Of a stretch of DNA of 64,000 nucleotides, positions 11,512 through 22,911 are shown one piece after another. Position numbers and translations under genes: made by a program. Each line of letters starts with the position of its first letter. The first letter of the stretch is position 1. The stretch comes from Candidatus Bathyarchaeota archaeon (GTDB lineage Archaea; Thermoproteota; Bathyarchaeia; Bathyarchaeales; DTEX01), in assembly GCA_963714275.1 (NCBI GenBank), contig CAVQNT010000006.1:22591-86590 (forward strand), given 5' to 3'. The notes beneath the pieces were generated by a model. It was given only the letters and a program-made list of their open reading frames with translations, did not search any database and was not told the origin of the DNA.

Positions 11512-11742
11512 TGTCAATTGGCGTTCAGAATCTTTTATCCATCATGTTTGGTTGTGCTTCAGCCAAGCAATTATTGAGTAAAAGAGCCTTGAAATATAAA
11601 GATATCACGTGTTATGTGTCCACAAAAGGCGAAAAACAAAAAATCCGTGTTCACGTGCGAGACATATATATCCTCATGAAAGCGAAGTTTATATGGTAGC
11701 TCCAGAAATCAGCATCCGCCCGCTTCACGGAGACCGTCGCCG

Positions 11743-13566
11743 ATGTTCAGGACATTCACCTCGGATGCTAAGTCGCTGATAAAAGGCAACATTAGGGCAC
11801 TCACCATCCGAGATATGCTTTATACAATGATCGCTGGACTAACTGGCGGACTAGACGCATTATACGTGAAAGAGGTTTTGGGAGCTGACGCTATAGTCCT
11901 TGGGCTTCTCGCTTCAATATGGTCCGCTGCCTTCCTGTTTTTTATCTTGATCGGTGGATGGATGTCTGATCATTACGAGCGAAAAAAAATGTTAATTATT
12001 GGGATGGCTTTAACCTTGCCTAATCCAATCATATTTGCCTTAGCGCCTGACTGGAGAGTCACAGTTCTCGCTAACCTTCTTGGGGCTTTGGGAGCAGCCT
12101 TCTCAGCTCCTGCATATGTCGCGTTGCTTTACTCTTCCTCGGAGCAGAAAACAAGAAGCCGGGTCCTCGCAGTTATGAACACTCTGATATGCTTGGTTAA
12201 CGTGTTTGTTCCACCTTTAGGCGCATTAGCCATTCAGAGGTTTGGAGGCTTGTATGAGATTCGGAAAGTCTTTATTGCCCAGTTCTTTTTGTCGATTATC
12301 GTCTTATTTTTGACAAACAAAAAATTAAAAAGTTCAGTTAAACATGCAAATGCTCAACCAAAGGGTTTCATTGATTCAATAAAAAGCATCTTTGGACAGA
12401 TGACTAACATCTACAAACTATCAAAGAAACGAAAAGCCACAGCATGGCTCTTCATAGCCATATCTGGACCTTGGGCATGGGAAACCATTGCCCCCCTTTG
12501 GATCATATATGCTGCGGAAATATGCAAGTCTTCATTAATGATTATTGGCTTTCTTCCTGCAGTTTACAGCCTAACCGCGGCTATGCTTTTATATCCGTTG
12601 GCTAAGGTATCAGACCGGAAGGGCAGAAAAAAAGTCATAATACTTGTCCGCCCTTTTCTATATTTTTGTGTAACTGCATTAATTGTTGGTGGCACTTTCC
12701 CAGAATTAGCCATAACTCCCCTTATCCCGCTTCTAGCATGGATATTTAGAGCTATTGGAGATTCTTCTGGACCCTCATGGACAGCAGCTTCGACAGAGGT
12801 GATTCCAGACGAACTGCAAAGCGAATGGGAAGCAACGAGAGACTTCCTGTGGAGAGTAATGACCATCCCAGCTGCTATTTTCGGAGGACTGTTGTGGAAC
12901 GTGGACCCGAGACTGCCTTTCGTTTGCGCCTTTCTCGTGGATGGATTAGTGAGATTACCAATATTGATTCGCCTTATTCCAGAGACTCTAATCGTTTACA
13001 AGTCTCCTCAACCTCCAGGTCCACATGTAATCGTTTATGGTTTGCCTTCATCTGGAAGAACATCTATCGCCCAACTTATCCAGAAAAAGTTGGATTTGTT
13101 ACTAATCGAACAACCAAGCACAAAACAAAGGCAACAAATCCACCAACCCCTTTTCAAGTTTACTTTCTTTGGCGACCGAAAACACATAAAGATGGATGAC
13201 CAAGTATCAGAAGCGCTTTCACAAAAGAAAACCGCGTCGGTAATTGAAGGAGAAGCAGACTTTATTTGCTGCTAACGAAAAGGACAAAGGCGTAATAGTC
13301 CTACTTGTCGCCTCAAAAGATGAAAGGATACGTAGAAAAACTGGCAATTCCCAAGAGCCGGAGTTTGTAGCTTAAGAGAGCTCGAAGAAAAAGACCGCGA
13401 AGTCGTAAGACTTACGAGGCAACTTTACGGAGTAGATATTTCGAAGCTTCCACCGTTCGATATTGCCATTAACACTGAGAGGATTTCACCTGAAAAAATC
13501 GTAAAATTTATTTCTATGCTACGAGAAAAAGACGAAATAATTAAAGATCTACAAAAAAACAGGTAA
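11743..13566 (+). CDS. MFS-type transporter continuing in frame into a P-loop NMP-kinase-like (archaeal cytidylate-kinase-like) domain; kinase part frame-broken near 13265 and 13375
   Basis: About 420 aa with ~12 hydrophobic helices. The same frame then reads PGPHVIVYGLPSSGRTSIAQLIQKKL (Walker A). The remainder, in shifted frames, reads KGVIVLLVASKDERIRRKTG and RELEEKDREVVRLTRQLYGVDISKLPPFDIAINTERISPEKIV...*, with stop at 13564-13566. Confidence 0.5.
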
Positions 13567-13603
13567 TTCACGTTTTTTAAACAATGATTTATATAGGTGT
13601 CGA

Positions 13604-14093
13604 ATGATGCAGTCAAGCCAGATGCTTAAAAAAGAAAGAGAAATGAACAAGGCAGAGATGGAAGAATTCTTATACGAAGCTTAAGGTTGGCAGACTGGGA
13701 ATCTGCCACAACAATGAGCCGTACATTGTGCCAGTATTATTCGCCTATGACAGAGAAACCGAAACAATTTACATTCACTGCGCTAAAAAGGGCAAAAAAA
13801 TAGATATAATGAAAACAAATCCATATGTTTGCTTTGAGACCGACAAAATGTCAACGATAATAATCGATAAATCGCCATGCAACTCTAGTCTAACATATCG
13901 TAGTGTGATCGCGTTCGGCGTAGTTACATTTATCAATGACCCTAAAGTAAAAGCCCAAGTCTTAAACATGCTAATACGAAAATACGCCAACGAAACTAAA
14001 ATCGAATTTGTTATTCCAGAAATGACAGAAAATACGCAGGTTATCATAGTAAAAATAGTATCAAAAACAGGGAAACAAAATAAAAAAGCCTAA
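13604..14093 (+). CDS. pyridoxamine-5'-phosphate-oxidase-like FMN-binding split-barrel protein; frame broken near 13680
   Basis: MMQSSQMLKKEREMNKAEMEEFLYEA then, in a shifted frame, VGRLGICHNNEPYIVPVLFAYDRETETIYIHCAKKGKKIDIMKTNPYVCFE. Confidence 0.55.
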
Positions 14094-15180
14094 AGATTCC
14101 TATATTCGGTTTTTGAGTTCAATGGAGAGAAGCTTAGTTCCTTCTCCGCTATCTTTTGCTGCCAAGGTTCAAAATTAGAAATTTTGAATAGGCTATTAAC
14201 AAGTTTGATGCTTTTCTGTAAGTGAATTTTGATTTCGCCTTTTTCGCTTCTTTCTTTAGTTGTATAAATTGTGGTTTGTCTGTTTGACCAGTCTCCAGGT
14301 TGATCGGACCCAGGTATGAACTCAGGCAAGAACCTATCTAAAGTTTCGATGTCAACTATACTTCCAAGTTCCCTTATTTTTCCAGTTTCTTCCCAATAGC
14401 TTTTCGTCGACTCCATACAATGTCATGTCATACCCGTTGAAAGTCAAGTCAGTTATGTCTTCAATTGCGAAGGCCATTAACTCGATACCATGTTTCTTAG
14501 TAGTTTCGCTTATTAGCTTTAAACCAGACATTGAGATGAATCCGTAGAGAATTAATGTGCGAATAGAAGACCCGACTTCCCTACATTGTTCAACAAGCCT
14601 TTTAATCGATATTTGACCTGTTTTACCTATTGCCTATGTGTCAGGCTTCAACACAATAATTTCTTTATCATGAGGTAGTTCGACAAAATCCTTGTAAACA
14701 ATATTTAAACTCATAGAGGCTTCTTCGTCATGACTTCTATAGGAAGGATGCATATAACGAGGACGAATCCATACATTCCTTAACTTCTTAAGCCCCATGA
14801 TTGCCCTAAAAGCTCTGTGCAGCTCGTATCCTGGAGATGCCCTCAAAACGTTTTCAAAAACAATATAATTTGCATCTACTTTTGAAAGTTTTGCCAGACT
14901 CATTTATGGCTTTTCCAGCCTCCAATGCTGCCTCAAACGCGAGGATTTTTAATGAATCTCCGACCATGTGAGGGTGGCACGCAATCTTTCTTCCCTGAGG
15001 TGTGTTAATTATGAAAAGTTTGTCTGCTAGGTCTGGTCTATGGACTTCAAAAATGTTTGTCGAAGGATTTAAACCTTTAATTAAGACTTTGCTTGTTGAC
15101 TTTACGTCAATACTATATTCATCTATTATTCTATGGAACCTTGCATCATTAATTTGAGGGATTGTCGCTGGCACATTCAT
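14090..15180 (-). CDS. uracil-phosphoribosyltransferase-like family protein, split into at least 4 ORF pieces
   Basis: Joined pieces contain VLRASPG (compare UPRTase ILRAGxG), a PRPP-loop-like IIVLKPDT.AIGKTGQ, and a C-terminal EFIPGSDQPGDW (compare YIxPGLGDAGDR). This is a by-eye comparison only. Confidence 0.35.
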
Positions 15181-15332
15181 CGCACCATGTTTAATTCAAA
15201 TACAAAGCCATAATTTTCGCGTATGCTCTATTTTTAACATATATTAATCGTGGAATAAATTTACCCAACAGCAAATTAAATATAAAACTTTGATATTCAA
15301 CTTCCTTTTAACATTCACGACACAATAAATGT

Positions 15333-16196
15333 TCATTTGAGCGTTCCAGTGAAGAAAGAAATCATTCCAAAAAGCATCCAGACCAATACGAGATTCTTTG
15401 TGCGTCTTGCGTTCTCTCTGGAAGAATTCTTGATAAGCATGATTGAAGAAACCGAAAATCCTGCGTCTGCAACTATAACAAAGGGAATATACCATATGGA
15501 AAATATGCCAAGAAGCCACGGAACCAAGCTGAGAAATACGGCGGAAAAAAAGAAAAATGAAGACACGACTGAAGCGACTTTGCTTCCGTAAATGACCATG
15601 ATGGTTCTCATTTTCCTTGCCTTGTCGCCTTCATCATCCACAATTCCCTTCGCAACCTCGCGTCCAGTGTTCGACAAAAATGCCAAAGCCGAGAACAGCA
15701 AGACCTTTAAACTGAAGCCTTGACCAACAATGAAGCTACCGTAGATGAAGGGAATTGCGACGCATGCGCTGACAAGGAAATTTCCAGGCAACCCAGTTCT
15801 TTTTCCTTTTGTCGCGTACGTGACTGAAACCGCTAATGAAATTGTCACTATTAATATGGGCATAAGGGAAGGCGGATTGACGAAGGCTGATGCCGTTATA
15901 CCTACAAGAATGAGGATTAAGGCGAAAATTATGCTTTCTCGACGTTTAACAGTTCCGCTTGGGAGTGGACGATGTGGCACGTTTATTTTGTCAATGTCGT
16001 AATCATAATAGTCGTTTATTGCCATCGAGGCGCCTGTAAGCGTGAATGCTGTAGTGAATCCTAATAAAAGGGTCAGGGCAACATTTGTAGAGAACGTTTC
16101 CGCCAATGCCAAAGAAGCGCCAACAATGACAGCAAGACCCATCATCAGCCCGTTAATCGGACGGAGAAGCCTAATGAAACCTACGACTCTGCTCAT
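15333..16196 (-). CDS. UbiA-family prenyltransferase, digeranylgeranylglyceryl phosphate (DGGGP) synthase-like
   Basis: 287 aa, polytopic. LLRPINGLMMGLAVIVG, NDYYDYDIDKINVPHRPLPSG, and a second Asp-rich region KGIVDDEGD. Confidence 0.75.
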   Translation of the reverse strand: MSRVVGFIRLLRPINGLMMGLAVIVGASLALAETFSTNVALTLLLGFTTAFTLTGASMAINDYYDYDIDKINVPHRPLPSGTVKRRESIIFALILILVGITASAFVNPPSLMPILIVTISLAVSVTYATKGKRTGLPGNFLVSACVAIPFIYGSFIVGQGFSLKVLLFSALAFLSNTGREVAKGIVDDEGDKARKMRTIMVIYGSKVASVVSSFFFFSAVFLSLVPWLLGIFSIWYIPFVIVADAGFSVSSIMLIKNSSRENARRTKNLVLVWMLFGMISFFTGTLK

Positions 16197-16292
16197 TGCC
16201 GAAACACAGCCAACTTTTATAATAAAGAGGATGTCGGGTCGGATAATTGTTTTTCGGGAATGTGTTCAAGAAAGCTATCTAGCACAAGCTAG

Positions 16293-16310
16293 TGGATACA
16301 AAAGCATCAA
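16293..16310 (-). repeat. copy A of the repeated motif TTGATGCTTTTGTATCCA
   Basis: The plus strand reads TGGATACAAAAGCATCAA. It lies ~96 nt upstream of the minus-strand DGGGP synthase start codon. Confidence 0.9.
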
Positions 16311-16405
16311 TAAACTTCACATTTTTTCATCGTGTCAAATAGTTTATCTTATTTGTGACTACCGCAAAAAGAGACTTTTGGTAAACCAAGAGAATTCCGA
16401 ATATT

Positions 16406-17671
16406 CTAATCATACGATGGTCTCGAAGTTGCAGTCACATTCACGGTTGTTGTTTCCCCCGATCTCCAAACAGTAAGAGTGATGGTTTGTCCAGGCGACA
16501 CGTGTTCCTCAATATAGGCAGTCCATTCAGCAATTGTTCGAGTTGGATGCCCATCGACAGCCAGCACAATGTCTCTCGCCATATACTCAGTTTGACCTTC
16601 AGGATCTGTCGTTTCAACTACGCCTTTTAAACCTGCCTGTTCCGCAGGATAATTTTTAATTACATCCCAAACGAGTAATCCGGACTGGAAAGGCTCAACA
16701 TTAAGAATATTATCATCCTTTATTACTTCTGGCGTTAACTCAAGAAGGTAGAATCCAATAAAAGGGTGACTATAGAAGCTTTTCTCAATTATTGATGCTA
16801 CAACACGTTTAACAATGTTTGAGGTTATGGCGAAGTTGAAACCGTAAGATGTTCCAGCGTTCGTTATGCCAACAACGTTTCCATACAAATCTAAAAGCGG
16901 ACCTCCAGAGTTTCCAGGAGCCAAAGTAATGTCCAGCTGAATCACGGGAACCGTTATAGGCACTTCGTCTAACTCGATGATTTTGTTTACTTGGCTTACG
17001 TAGCCTGAGGATAAGCTTCCTGTGAGTCCAAGCGGATTACCTATAGCGATGACTTGTTGTCCAACATAAAGGTCTGAGGAGTTTCCCAGTTTTAGTGGCT
17101 TCGCTTCTGGGGGTGAACTGGGCACCATCAAAACTGCGACATCGGAGTATGCGTCTATTCCCACAAGCGAGGCACGTCTTCTTGTTCCATCATAGAACTG
17201 GACATTAATTTCCGTCTCACCTTCTACGACATGCCAATTTGTGAGAATCATGTTTGTGCTGTTGAAAAGGAATCCTGACCCTTGTCGTGTGTTTGTGGTT
17301 ATAACGACAACAGACTGGTAAGTTGACTGATAAATTTCAGCTGGTGTCTGATTCACAATATGGGATAAAGACTTTCCTAGCTCAGAAACTTTTGCTTCCA
17401 ACTGGCTGAGTAAGGATCTTATCTCTGTAACGTTACCCAATGAAGTCTGGTTAATCTCCCCCAAGGTTTCAGTCAGGTTTGCCAGTTCAGCAGCCACGTG
17501 TTGTTGTGCCTGAATATTATTATAAATCAAATAAGTGTTAACGCTGGACAGGGCTATTGCGACAACACATAAGATGGCCAAAAATTTAGTTACTTTGATA
17601 GGCATCATCCATTCCCTCTTATATTGAAACGAGCATTGATGCTCTAAAACTTTTTCATTGATGCATGCCAA
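16406..17671 (-). CDS. membrane-anchored HtrA/DegP-like trypsin-fold serine protease with C-terminal PDZ domain
   Basis: N-terminal TM helix and coiled coil. Catalytic triad contexts TNWHVVEG, DVAVLMV and GNSGGPLLD, plus a PDZ-like tail. The likely real start is at the internal MMPIK. Confidence 0.75.
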   Translation of the reverse strand: MACINEKVLEHQCSFQYKREWMMPIKVTKFLAILCVVAIALSSVNTYLIYNNIQAQQHVAAELANLTETLGEINQTSLGNVTEIRSLLSQLEAKVSELGKSLSHIVNQTPAEIYQSTYQSVVVITTNTRQGSGFLFNSTNMILTNWHVVEGETEINVQFYDGTRRRASLVGIDAYSDVAVLMVPSSPPEAKPLKLGNSSDLYVGQQVIAIGNPLGLTGSLSSGYVSQVNKIIELDEVPITVPVIQLDITLAPGNSGGPLLDLYGNVVGITNAGTSYGFNFAITSNIVKRVVASIIEKSFYSHPFIGFYLLELTPEVIKDDNILNVEPFQSGLLVWDVIKNYPAEQAGLKGVVETTDPEGQTEYMARDIVLAVDGHPTRTIAEWTAYIEEHVSPGQTITLTVWRSGETTTVNVTATSRPSYD

Positions 17672-17682
17672 ATGGACGGATT

Positions 17683-18127
17683 TCAGGAATTTACAAGTTC
17701 TGAGCTTTCATCATTGTCACGGACAACGTAGTTATCGATTTTGTCCGCAACCTTAAAGACCCACTTGTAAGGAAATTTGCCTGCTAAAACTGCTTTCTTT
17801 TTGTCGTAAACTTCGAACATGCCAAGAAAGTCAACAAGCTCTTAACCTGCTCTTGCTTAAAGTATACTCTGTCCGAGCTTGTGGACTTTACTTCAAAAGC
17901 AAAAACACAGTCACCCTTAGCCGCAAAAACATCAGGCAACGGCTCAGAACTCGGAGCAGAAACAGGAACCCTAACAGCTTTGAACCCTTTAACTCTGAGC
18001 TTTTTACAAGGTCCCTTTCTGCACGGTAACCGTGTACCCTTATCCGCCTGCTTTCGCTGCTTGAAAGCTTTCGACCCTTTCGTTTGCTTTTGGGTTTTGT
18101 TTTTTCAGCTATGTCTCTAAGAGACAA
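17683..18127 (-). CDS. hjc: Holliday junction resolvase Hjc-like; frame broken in the N-terminal third
   Basis: Joined frames give ...GYRAERDLVK..VKGFKAVRVPVSAPSSEPLPDVFAAKGDCVFAFEVKSTSSDRVYFKQEQVKSLLTF..., matching the Hjc E...PD...ExK layout. Confidence 0.55.
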
Positions 18128-18138
18128 AGTCTTCGCCT

Positions 18139-18442
18139 TTAGCTTTGCGGTTCTTCCAGTTGACGAATGGCCAATCGGACAAGGTCTTGGAGCCAGTCTG
18201 AAAAAGTAGGCGCATTAGCGTACTTTTGATATTTTTTTCTGTACGGAACCTTTAAGATCATGTGAAGGTTAATCATTCTTCGAACATAGTATTTTGCTGT
18301 TGACCTTGGGATTCCAGACTTCACTGGCAAGGTCTCCGCTCGTAAACACCATTTTTAGCCTAGAATATGCTCTTAAAACATCTGCTGGAAAAGGCATGGA
18401 CAAATTTACTATCTCAATTAAATCTTTACTTAACTGAACCAT
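18139..18442 (-). CDS. small winged-helix/HTH protein; frame broken near 18330
   Basis: MVQLSKDLIEIVNLSMPFPADVLRAYSRLKMVFTSGDLA joins KSGIPRSTAKYYVRRMINLHMILKV. Confidence 0.4.
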
Positions 18443-18753
18443 TTTTTAGCCTTCTTTTCGGTTCAAAAATATGACTTTCATCCTTATAAGACATTCTGAT
18501 GATTTTACACAAAATAATATTTTGATACAAACTAAAATTTATGTAATATTCGTGATCTGGACTGCATTGGACGAGTCTTTTTTTTCATTTTTGCTTAGTG
18601 CAGTGGATTTCTATTAAGTAAAAATCATTTTTATATTTTATTCACGCTTTTGGACTAATTTAAAGTCTATGAAGTAATTATAGAAAATAAAATTTTAATG
18701 ATGTGATATGGACTTACTTTTAGCCCATATTTTTGAAAAATTTACATAATTAA

Positions 18754-19428
18754 TTAAAAATGCATTATTTGGTTCAGATAAGCTGGCATTGATGTGAGAA
18801 AGTCTCTTAGTTGTAACACGGGGACTATGGGTACGCCTTTGTGAAATTTTTGGTTTCCAGGCGCCAGAGACAAAATCATCGGCACAAAATGTGCATGTTT
18901 CCAGTTTCCCATTCCAATCTTGTCGTTTATGGACTTGGATGCCTTGGAAAGGTTCTTGGTTCTTTCAGCCTGCATTTCAGCGGCTTTTCTGCTTCCTGAT
19001 CCGCTCCATCCGTGATGCCAGTGTTTGCAATCAGCGCACACGATTAGTGGTTCTTTAAGCGCCAAAATGTCGATTTCCCATCTTCGATTTACCCAGGTGA
19101 ATCTGAAATGTTTTTTAGTTTCATAATTATTGGCTTTGAACGCTATGATAGAGATATCTTCGAATTCAAGCCAAGTCAACGAATCACAAATTCTTTCAAT
19201 ATCCGCTCCTTGCTTCACAATCTTCATAACCAACTTTAAACGTTGCTCAGAACTGATACTTACTGACCTTGATGAAGGAGCATAGGTTACGAGGTTAACG
19301 TGTTTTCTCAAAACTTCCCTCACGATCTGAACTGGAACATGGGCTTCTTGGCTAATTTCTTCTAGCTCCGTTATGCCCTCTTTTGTTAGTTTAAGCAGCG
19401 AAACCAGAACTCCACGTTCAGCGAGCAA
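18754..19428 (-). CDS. hypothetical protein with N-terminal wHTH and C-terminal restriction-endonuclease-like (PD-(D/E)xK) region
   Basis: 224 aa. ITELEEISQEAHVPVQIVREVLRK (HTH-like), then WEIDILALKEPLIVCADCKHW (D...DxK). Confidence 0.35.
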   Translation of the reverse strand: MLAERGVLVSLLKLTKEGITELEEISQEAHVPVQIVREVLRKHVNLVTYAPSSRSVSISSEQRLKLVMKIVKQGADIERICDSLTWLEFEDISIIAFKANNYETKKHFRFTWVNRRWEIDILALKEPLIVCADCKHWHHGWSGSGSRKAAEMQAERTKNLSKASKSINDKIGMGNWKHAHFVPMILSLAPGNQKFHKGVPIVPVLQLRDFLTSMPAYLNQIMHF

Positions 19429-19544
19429 TGTAAACCGAATGAATATTAGTTATGAGGTTGATAAAAATATTTAAAAACGGTGAGACTTCAAATCGAAGGC
19501 AAATTGTTCGTTTTGTTTTTAAGTAGACCATTATTGGAGGGGAA

Positions 19545-19567
19545 TTGTTGATGCTTTTGTATCCATT
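19545..19567 (+). repeat. copy B of the repeated motif (23-mer TTGTTGATGCTTTTGTATCCATT)
   Basis: Exact 23-mer shared with copy C. It lies ~98 nt upstream of ATG 19665. Confidence 0.9.
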
Positions 19568-19664
19568 TTAAACTTGACCACCAAAATTTTCAATGGACAT
19601 TATAAAATATTTGTAGATAAACAAATTTATTAAAAACATGAGATTATTCAATTAATAAGGTGAA

Positions 19665-20174
19665 ATGAAAGTGAAATCGTTAATGGTCAAGGCGAAGAAG
19701 CTGACAGCAAATTCATTCTTCAAGTTTGGCAAGGTGGCTGACGCTCACACAATTCCGCCCCTAGTCGAAACTGAAAATTTAAAGTTCTGGACAACAATCG
19801 CAACCTACACGGTCGATGGCGAAACAGAAATAGCACTTTGCCACGTAAAAAAAAGCGTTGATTCTGTTGGATTATTAGAGAGACATGTTAAAACACCCGA
19901 AATTCTCGTACCAATCAAAGGCGACTTCATATTGCCTGTGGCTCCTGCTGGAAACCTCCAAGATCCAACATTAACCCCTGAAGCTTCCGATGTAGAAGCC
20001 TTCCTTGTTCGTTCAGATCAAGCAGTAGTAATGGAAAAGGGAGTTTGGCACACTGCGCCAGTTCCAGTACATAAAGAGACTTCGTTCTTCGTAATCTTCA
20101 AGAAGGAAACCACTAAACAAGACGCGGTCTTTAAAAAGCTTAAAAACGATCAAACCGTCAAAGTCATAAGATAG
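19665..20174 (+). CDS. ureidoglycolate-lyase-like cupin protein
   Basis: 169 aa. LTANSFFKFGKV, LERHVKTPEILVPIKGDF and GVWHTAPVP parallel the AllA-family pattern (ErHp...fiP...WH.P). Confidence 0.5.
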   Translation: MKVKSLMVKAKKLTANSFFKFGKVADAHTIPPLVETENLKFWTTIATYTVDGETEIALCHVKKSVDSVGLLERHVKTPEILVPIKGDFILPVAPAGNLQDPTLTPEASDVEAFLVRSDQAVVMEKGVWHTAPVPVHKETSFFVIFKKETTKQDAVFKKLKNDQTVKVIR

Positions 20175-20223
20175 AACAATTAAGCATTTACAGTTAAATC
20201 ATATTCATTAAAAAATACATTAA

Positions 20224-21498
20224 CTATTGTCGGATGTTTCCTCTTCCTAAACCAAAATACTTAATCGTTGTCAAGTGCTGGACGCTCATTGGTCCACGCG
20301 CATGTATTTTTTGGGTGCTTATGCCGATTTCAGCGCCTAGACCGTACTGGCTGCCATCCGTAAACCGGGTTGAAGCGTTCCAGTAGACAGACTGCAGCGT
20401 CTACGCGTCGGATGAACGTTAATGCTTTATTGAAGTCCGATGTAAGGATGGATTCGGAATGTTTGGTTCCATACGTGTTTATATGGGATATAGCTTCTTC
20501 GAGCCCCGCGACAACTTTGACGCCAATGATGAGGTCCAAGTATTCTGTGTACCAGTCTTCCTCGGTTGCTGGCACAGCATCCGCCACTATCCTGCAAGTT
20601 TCTTCGCATCCTCTGACCTCAACACCGTGGTCTCGGAGCGACTTCACAATCTTTGGCAGAAATAACTCAGCGACATTTCTATGCACTAATAGTTTTTCTG
20701 TTGCGTTGCAGACCCCGGGTCTCTGGCACTTGGCATTGATGATTATGTCGACTGCACGGATTAAGTCTGCGTCATCCTCAACATAAATGTGGCAGTTACC
20801 CACCCCAGTCTCAATAACTGGCACTTTGGAATTTTCAACCACAGCCTTGATCAGGTCCGCTCCGCCTCTGGGAATCAGCACGTCCACGTAGTCCCGCATC
20901 GTCATCAGCTGCGTCAGCTACACTTCTATCTGTAACAGGAATAACCTGAATAGCCCCTTCAGGAATCCCCGATTCAACAGCTGCCTTATTGAGCACCTTC
21001 CCTATCATGACATTTGAATTAATGGCGTCAGACCCGCCCCTAAGTATCACAGCGTTACCTGATTTCAGGCAAATTCCCGAAGCATCAGATGTAACATCAG
21101 GTCTAGATTCGTAAATTATGGCTACCACGCCTAGTGGAACCCTAAGCTGACCAATGATTAGTCTGTTTGGCAGTGTCCACGTTTTCACTATTTCGCCGAT
21201 TGGATCAGGAAGCTGAGCAACTTCCCGTAGGCATTTTGCCATGTTTGATATCCTTTTCTCGTTAACCAAAAGCCTGTCGAGAAGAGCTCTCTTTCACTCT
21301 TTTTTTGCGTGAGGCTTCCATGTCTTTTCTGTTCGCTTCGATTATTGCTTCAGCGTTTTTTTCTAATGCATCCGCCATATTGCATAGAGCCCTATTCTTC
21401 GTTTCGGTTGAAAGTTGCGCCAATGTACATGAGGCTTGCTTTGCCTTCTTGCACATCTTTAAAACCAGGTCAGTCATGTTTTCAAGCTTCCTTTTCAT
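20224..21498 (-). CDS. proA: gamma-glutamyl phosphate reductase; at least 3 frame breaks
   Basis: Pieces 21262-21498, 20835-21269, 20330-20905 and a tail [37 protein letters not shown]. Contains [14 protein letters not shown] and [19 protein letters not shown]. Its start overlaps the proB stop. Confidence 0.8.
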
Positions 21499-22627
21499 TC
21501 AAGTGCATACGTTTTCTTGTAACAGTCTCTTTTTGCCTAACGTAACCCAAAGCTTTCTTTACGCTCGAAGTATTCATGCCTTTTATCTGATTTATCTCGT
21601 CACTTGTATAGTTTGCTGTACCCCTTCCGAATTCGTCGCCTTCTGGACCTACGAGACTAACCACATCGCCTACTTGAAATTGCCCGGAGACCGCTTCAAT
21701 TCCGACGGCCAGTAGACTTGCTCCTTTCAAAATTGCGTTCCTAGCCCCTTCATTAACGTGGATTTGACCCTTAACTCCTGCACCATAGCCTATCCACCGT
21801 TTTATACCCGGAAGACCTTTATTGTCAGGTATGAAGAGTGTGCCGACATTTTTTCCGTCAAGAATATCGAAAAGAATGTTTGGTCTACGACTATTAGCGA
21901 TTATAAGGGGGATGCCGCTACGCATTGCGATTTCAGCTGCCTCGAGCGTTGTTTTCATACCGCCTCTTCCAAGACGGCTTTTACCTTCCGTGGCATTCCT
22001 TATTTCAGGCGTAATTTTCTCTACAACCGGAATCAATTTAGATTCAGGTTTTTCTGGGTTGCTGCTGTAAAGACCATCTACTGTTGTAAGAATAATCACA
22101 AGGTCAGCTTCAACAGCATTCGCTATTAAAGCTGAGAGTATAGAATTGTCGCTGAAGTTAACCTTGTATCCCTTCATAACCGGGATAATTTCGTTAACAG
22201 AAGTCACGTCGTTCTCATTAATAATTGGAACAACGCCGATCTGAAGCAGCCTGTCGAGAACATTGCAGGTGTGAATGTATGAAATCCGGTTAGAAAGGTC
22301 ATTCTCGGTCAACAGAACCTGTGCTACCTTTAATCCATGATGCCTGAAAAATTCCCTGTAATGCGACATGAGAATACTTTGACCTGTGGCAGCGCACGCC
22401 TGCCTGAAAATGATGTCTTTCGGGTTGGGTCGTACGCCCAATTCAGCGATTCCTGACGCTATTGCACCTGAGGTCACGAGTATGACCTTGTTTCCTTGCT
22501 GAATGATTTTTGCGATGTCATCAACAAGTCGCTTCACCTCTACAATGTCTAGGCTTCCGTCTTCTTTTGTGAGGCTTCTTGTTCCAACCTTGATGACAAC
22601 CAATTTTCCAGTCATTATGTGTTGCAC
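21482..22627 (-). CDS. proB: glutamate 5-kinase with C-terminal PUA domain
   Basis: 381 aa. VIKVGTRSLT, LVTSGAIASG, IPIINENDV, and PUA-like GDVVSLVGPEGDEFGRGTANYTSDEI. Confidence 0.85.
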   Translation of the reverse strand: MQHIMTGKLVVIKVGTRSLTKEDGSLDIVEVKRLVDDIAKIIQQGNKVILVTSGAIASGIAELGVRPNPKDIIFRQACAATGQSILMSHYREFFRHHGLKVAQVLLTENDLSNRISYIHTCNVLDRLLQIGVVPIINENDVTSVNEIIPVMKGYKVNFSDNSILSALIANAVEADLVIILTTVDGLYSSNPEKPESKLIPVVEKITPEIRNATEGKSRLGRGGMKTTLEAAEIAMRSGIPLIIANSRRPNILFDILDGKNVGTLFIPDNKGLPGIKRWIGYGAGVKGQIHVNEGARNAILKGASLLAVGIEAVSGQFQVGDVVSLVGPEGDEFGRGTANYTSDEINQIKGMNTSSVKKALGYVRQKETVTRKRMHLNEKEA

Positions 22628-22708
22628 CCAAATCCCTAAGGAATGAGAAGACTTTTAATCTTTTTTATAACCTTATTCGAAAGATTTCATTGACTGGTTC
22701 AGGAGTAT

Positions 22709-22731
22709 TTGTTGATGCTTTTGTATCCATT
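22709..22731 (+). repeat. copy C of the repeated motif (23-mer TTGTTGATGCTTTTGTATCCATT)
   Basis: Identical to copy B. It lies between the divergent proB start (22627) and the small integrase gene. Confidence 0.9.
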
Positions 22732-22911
22732 CATATAAATTTTTACCAGTCACCATTTTGCGATAAATCTGCAATCGCAAATGGCTCATAAATATGACCG
22801 AAAACGCCATAAATTCCGAATCACCAGAAAAAGAGACTTGAAATCCGAATATTTTTTTCCTTTTATATCAATAATAGGTAAAATATATAATGCCAATCAA
22901 CGTATTCTTCG

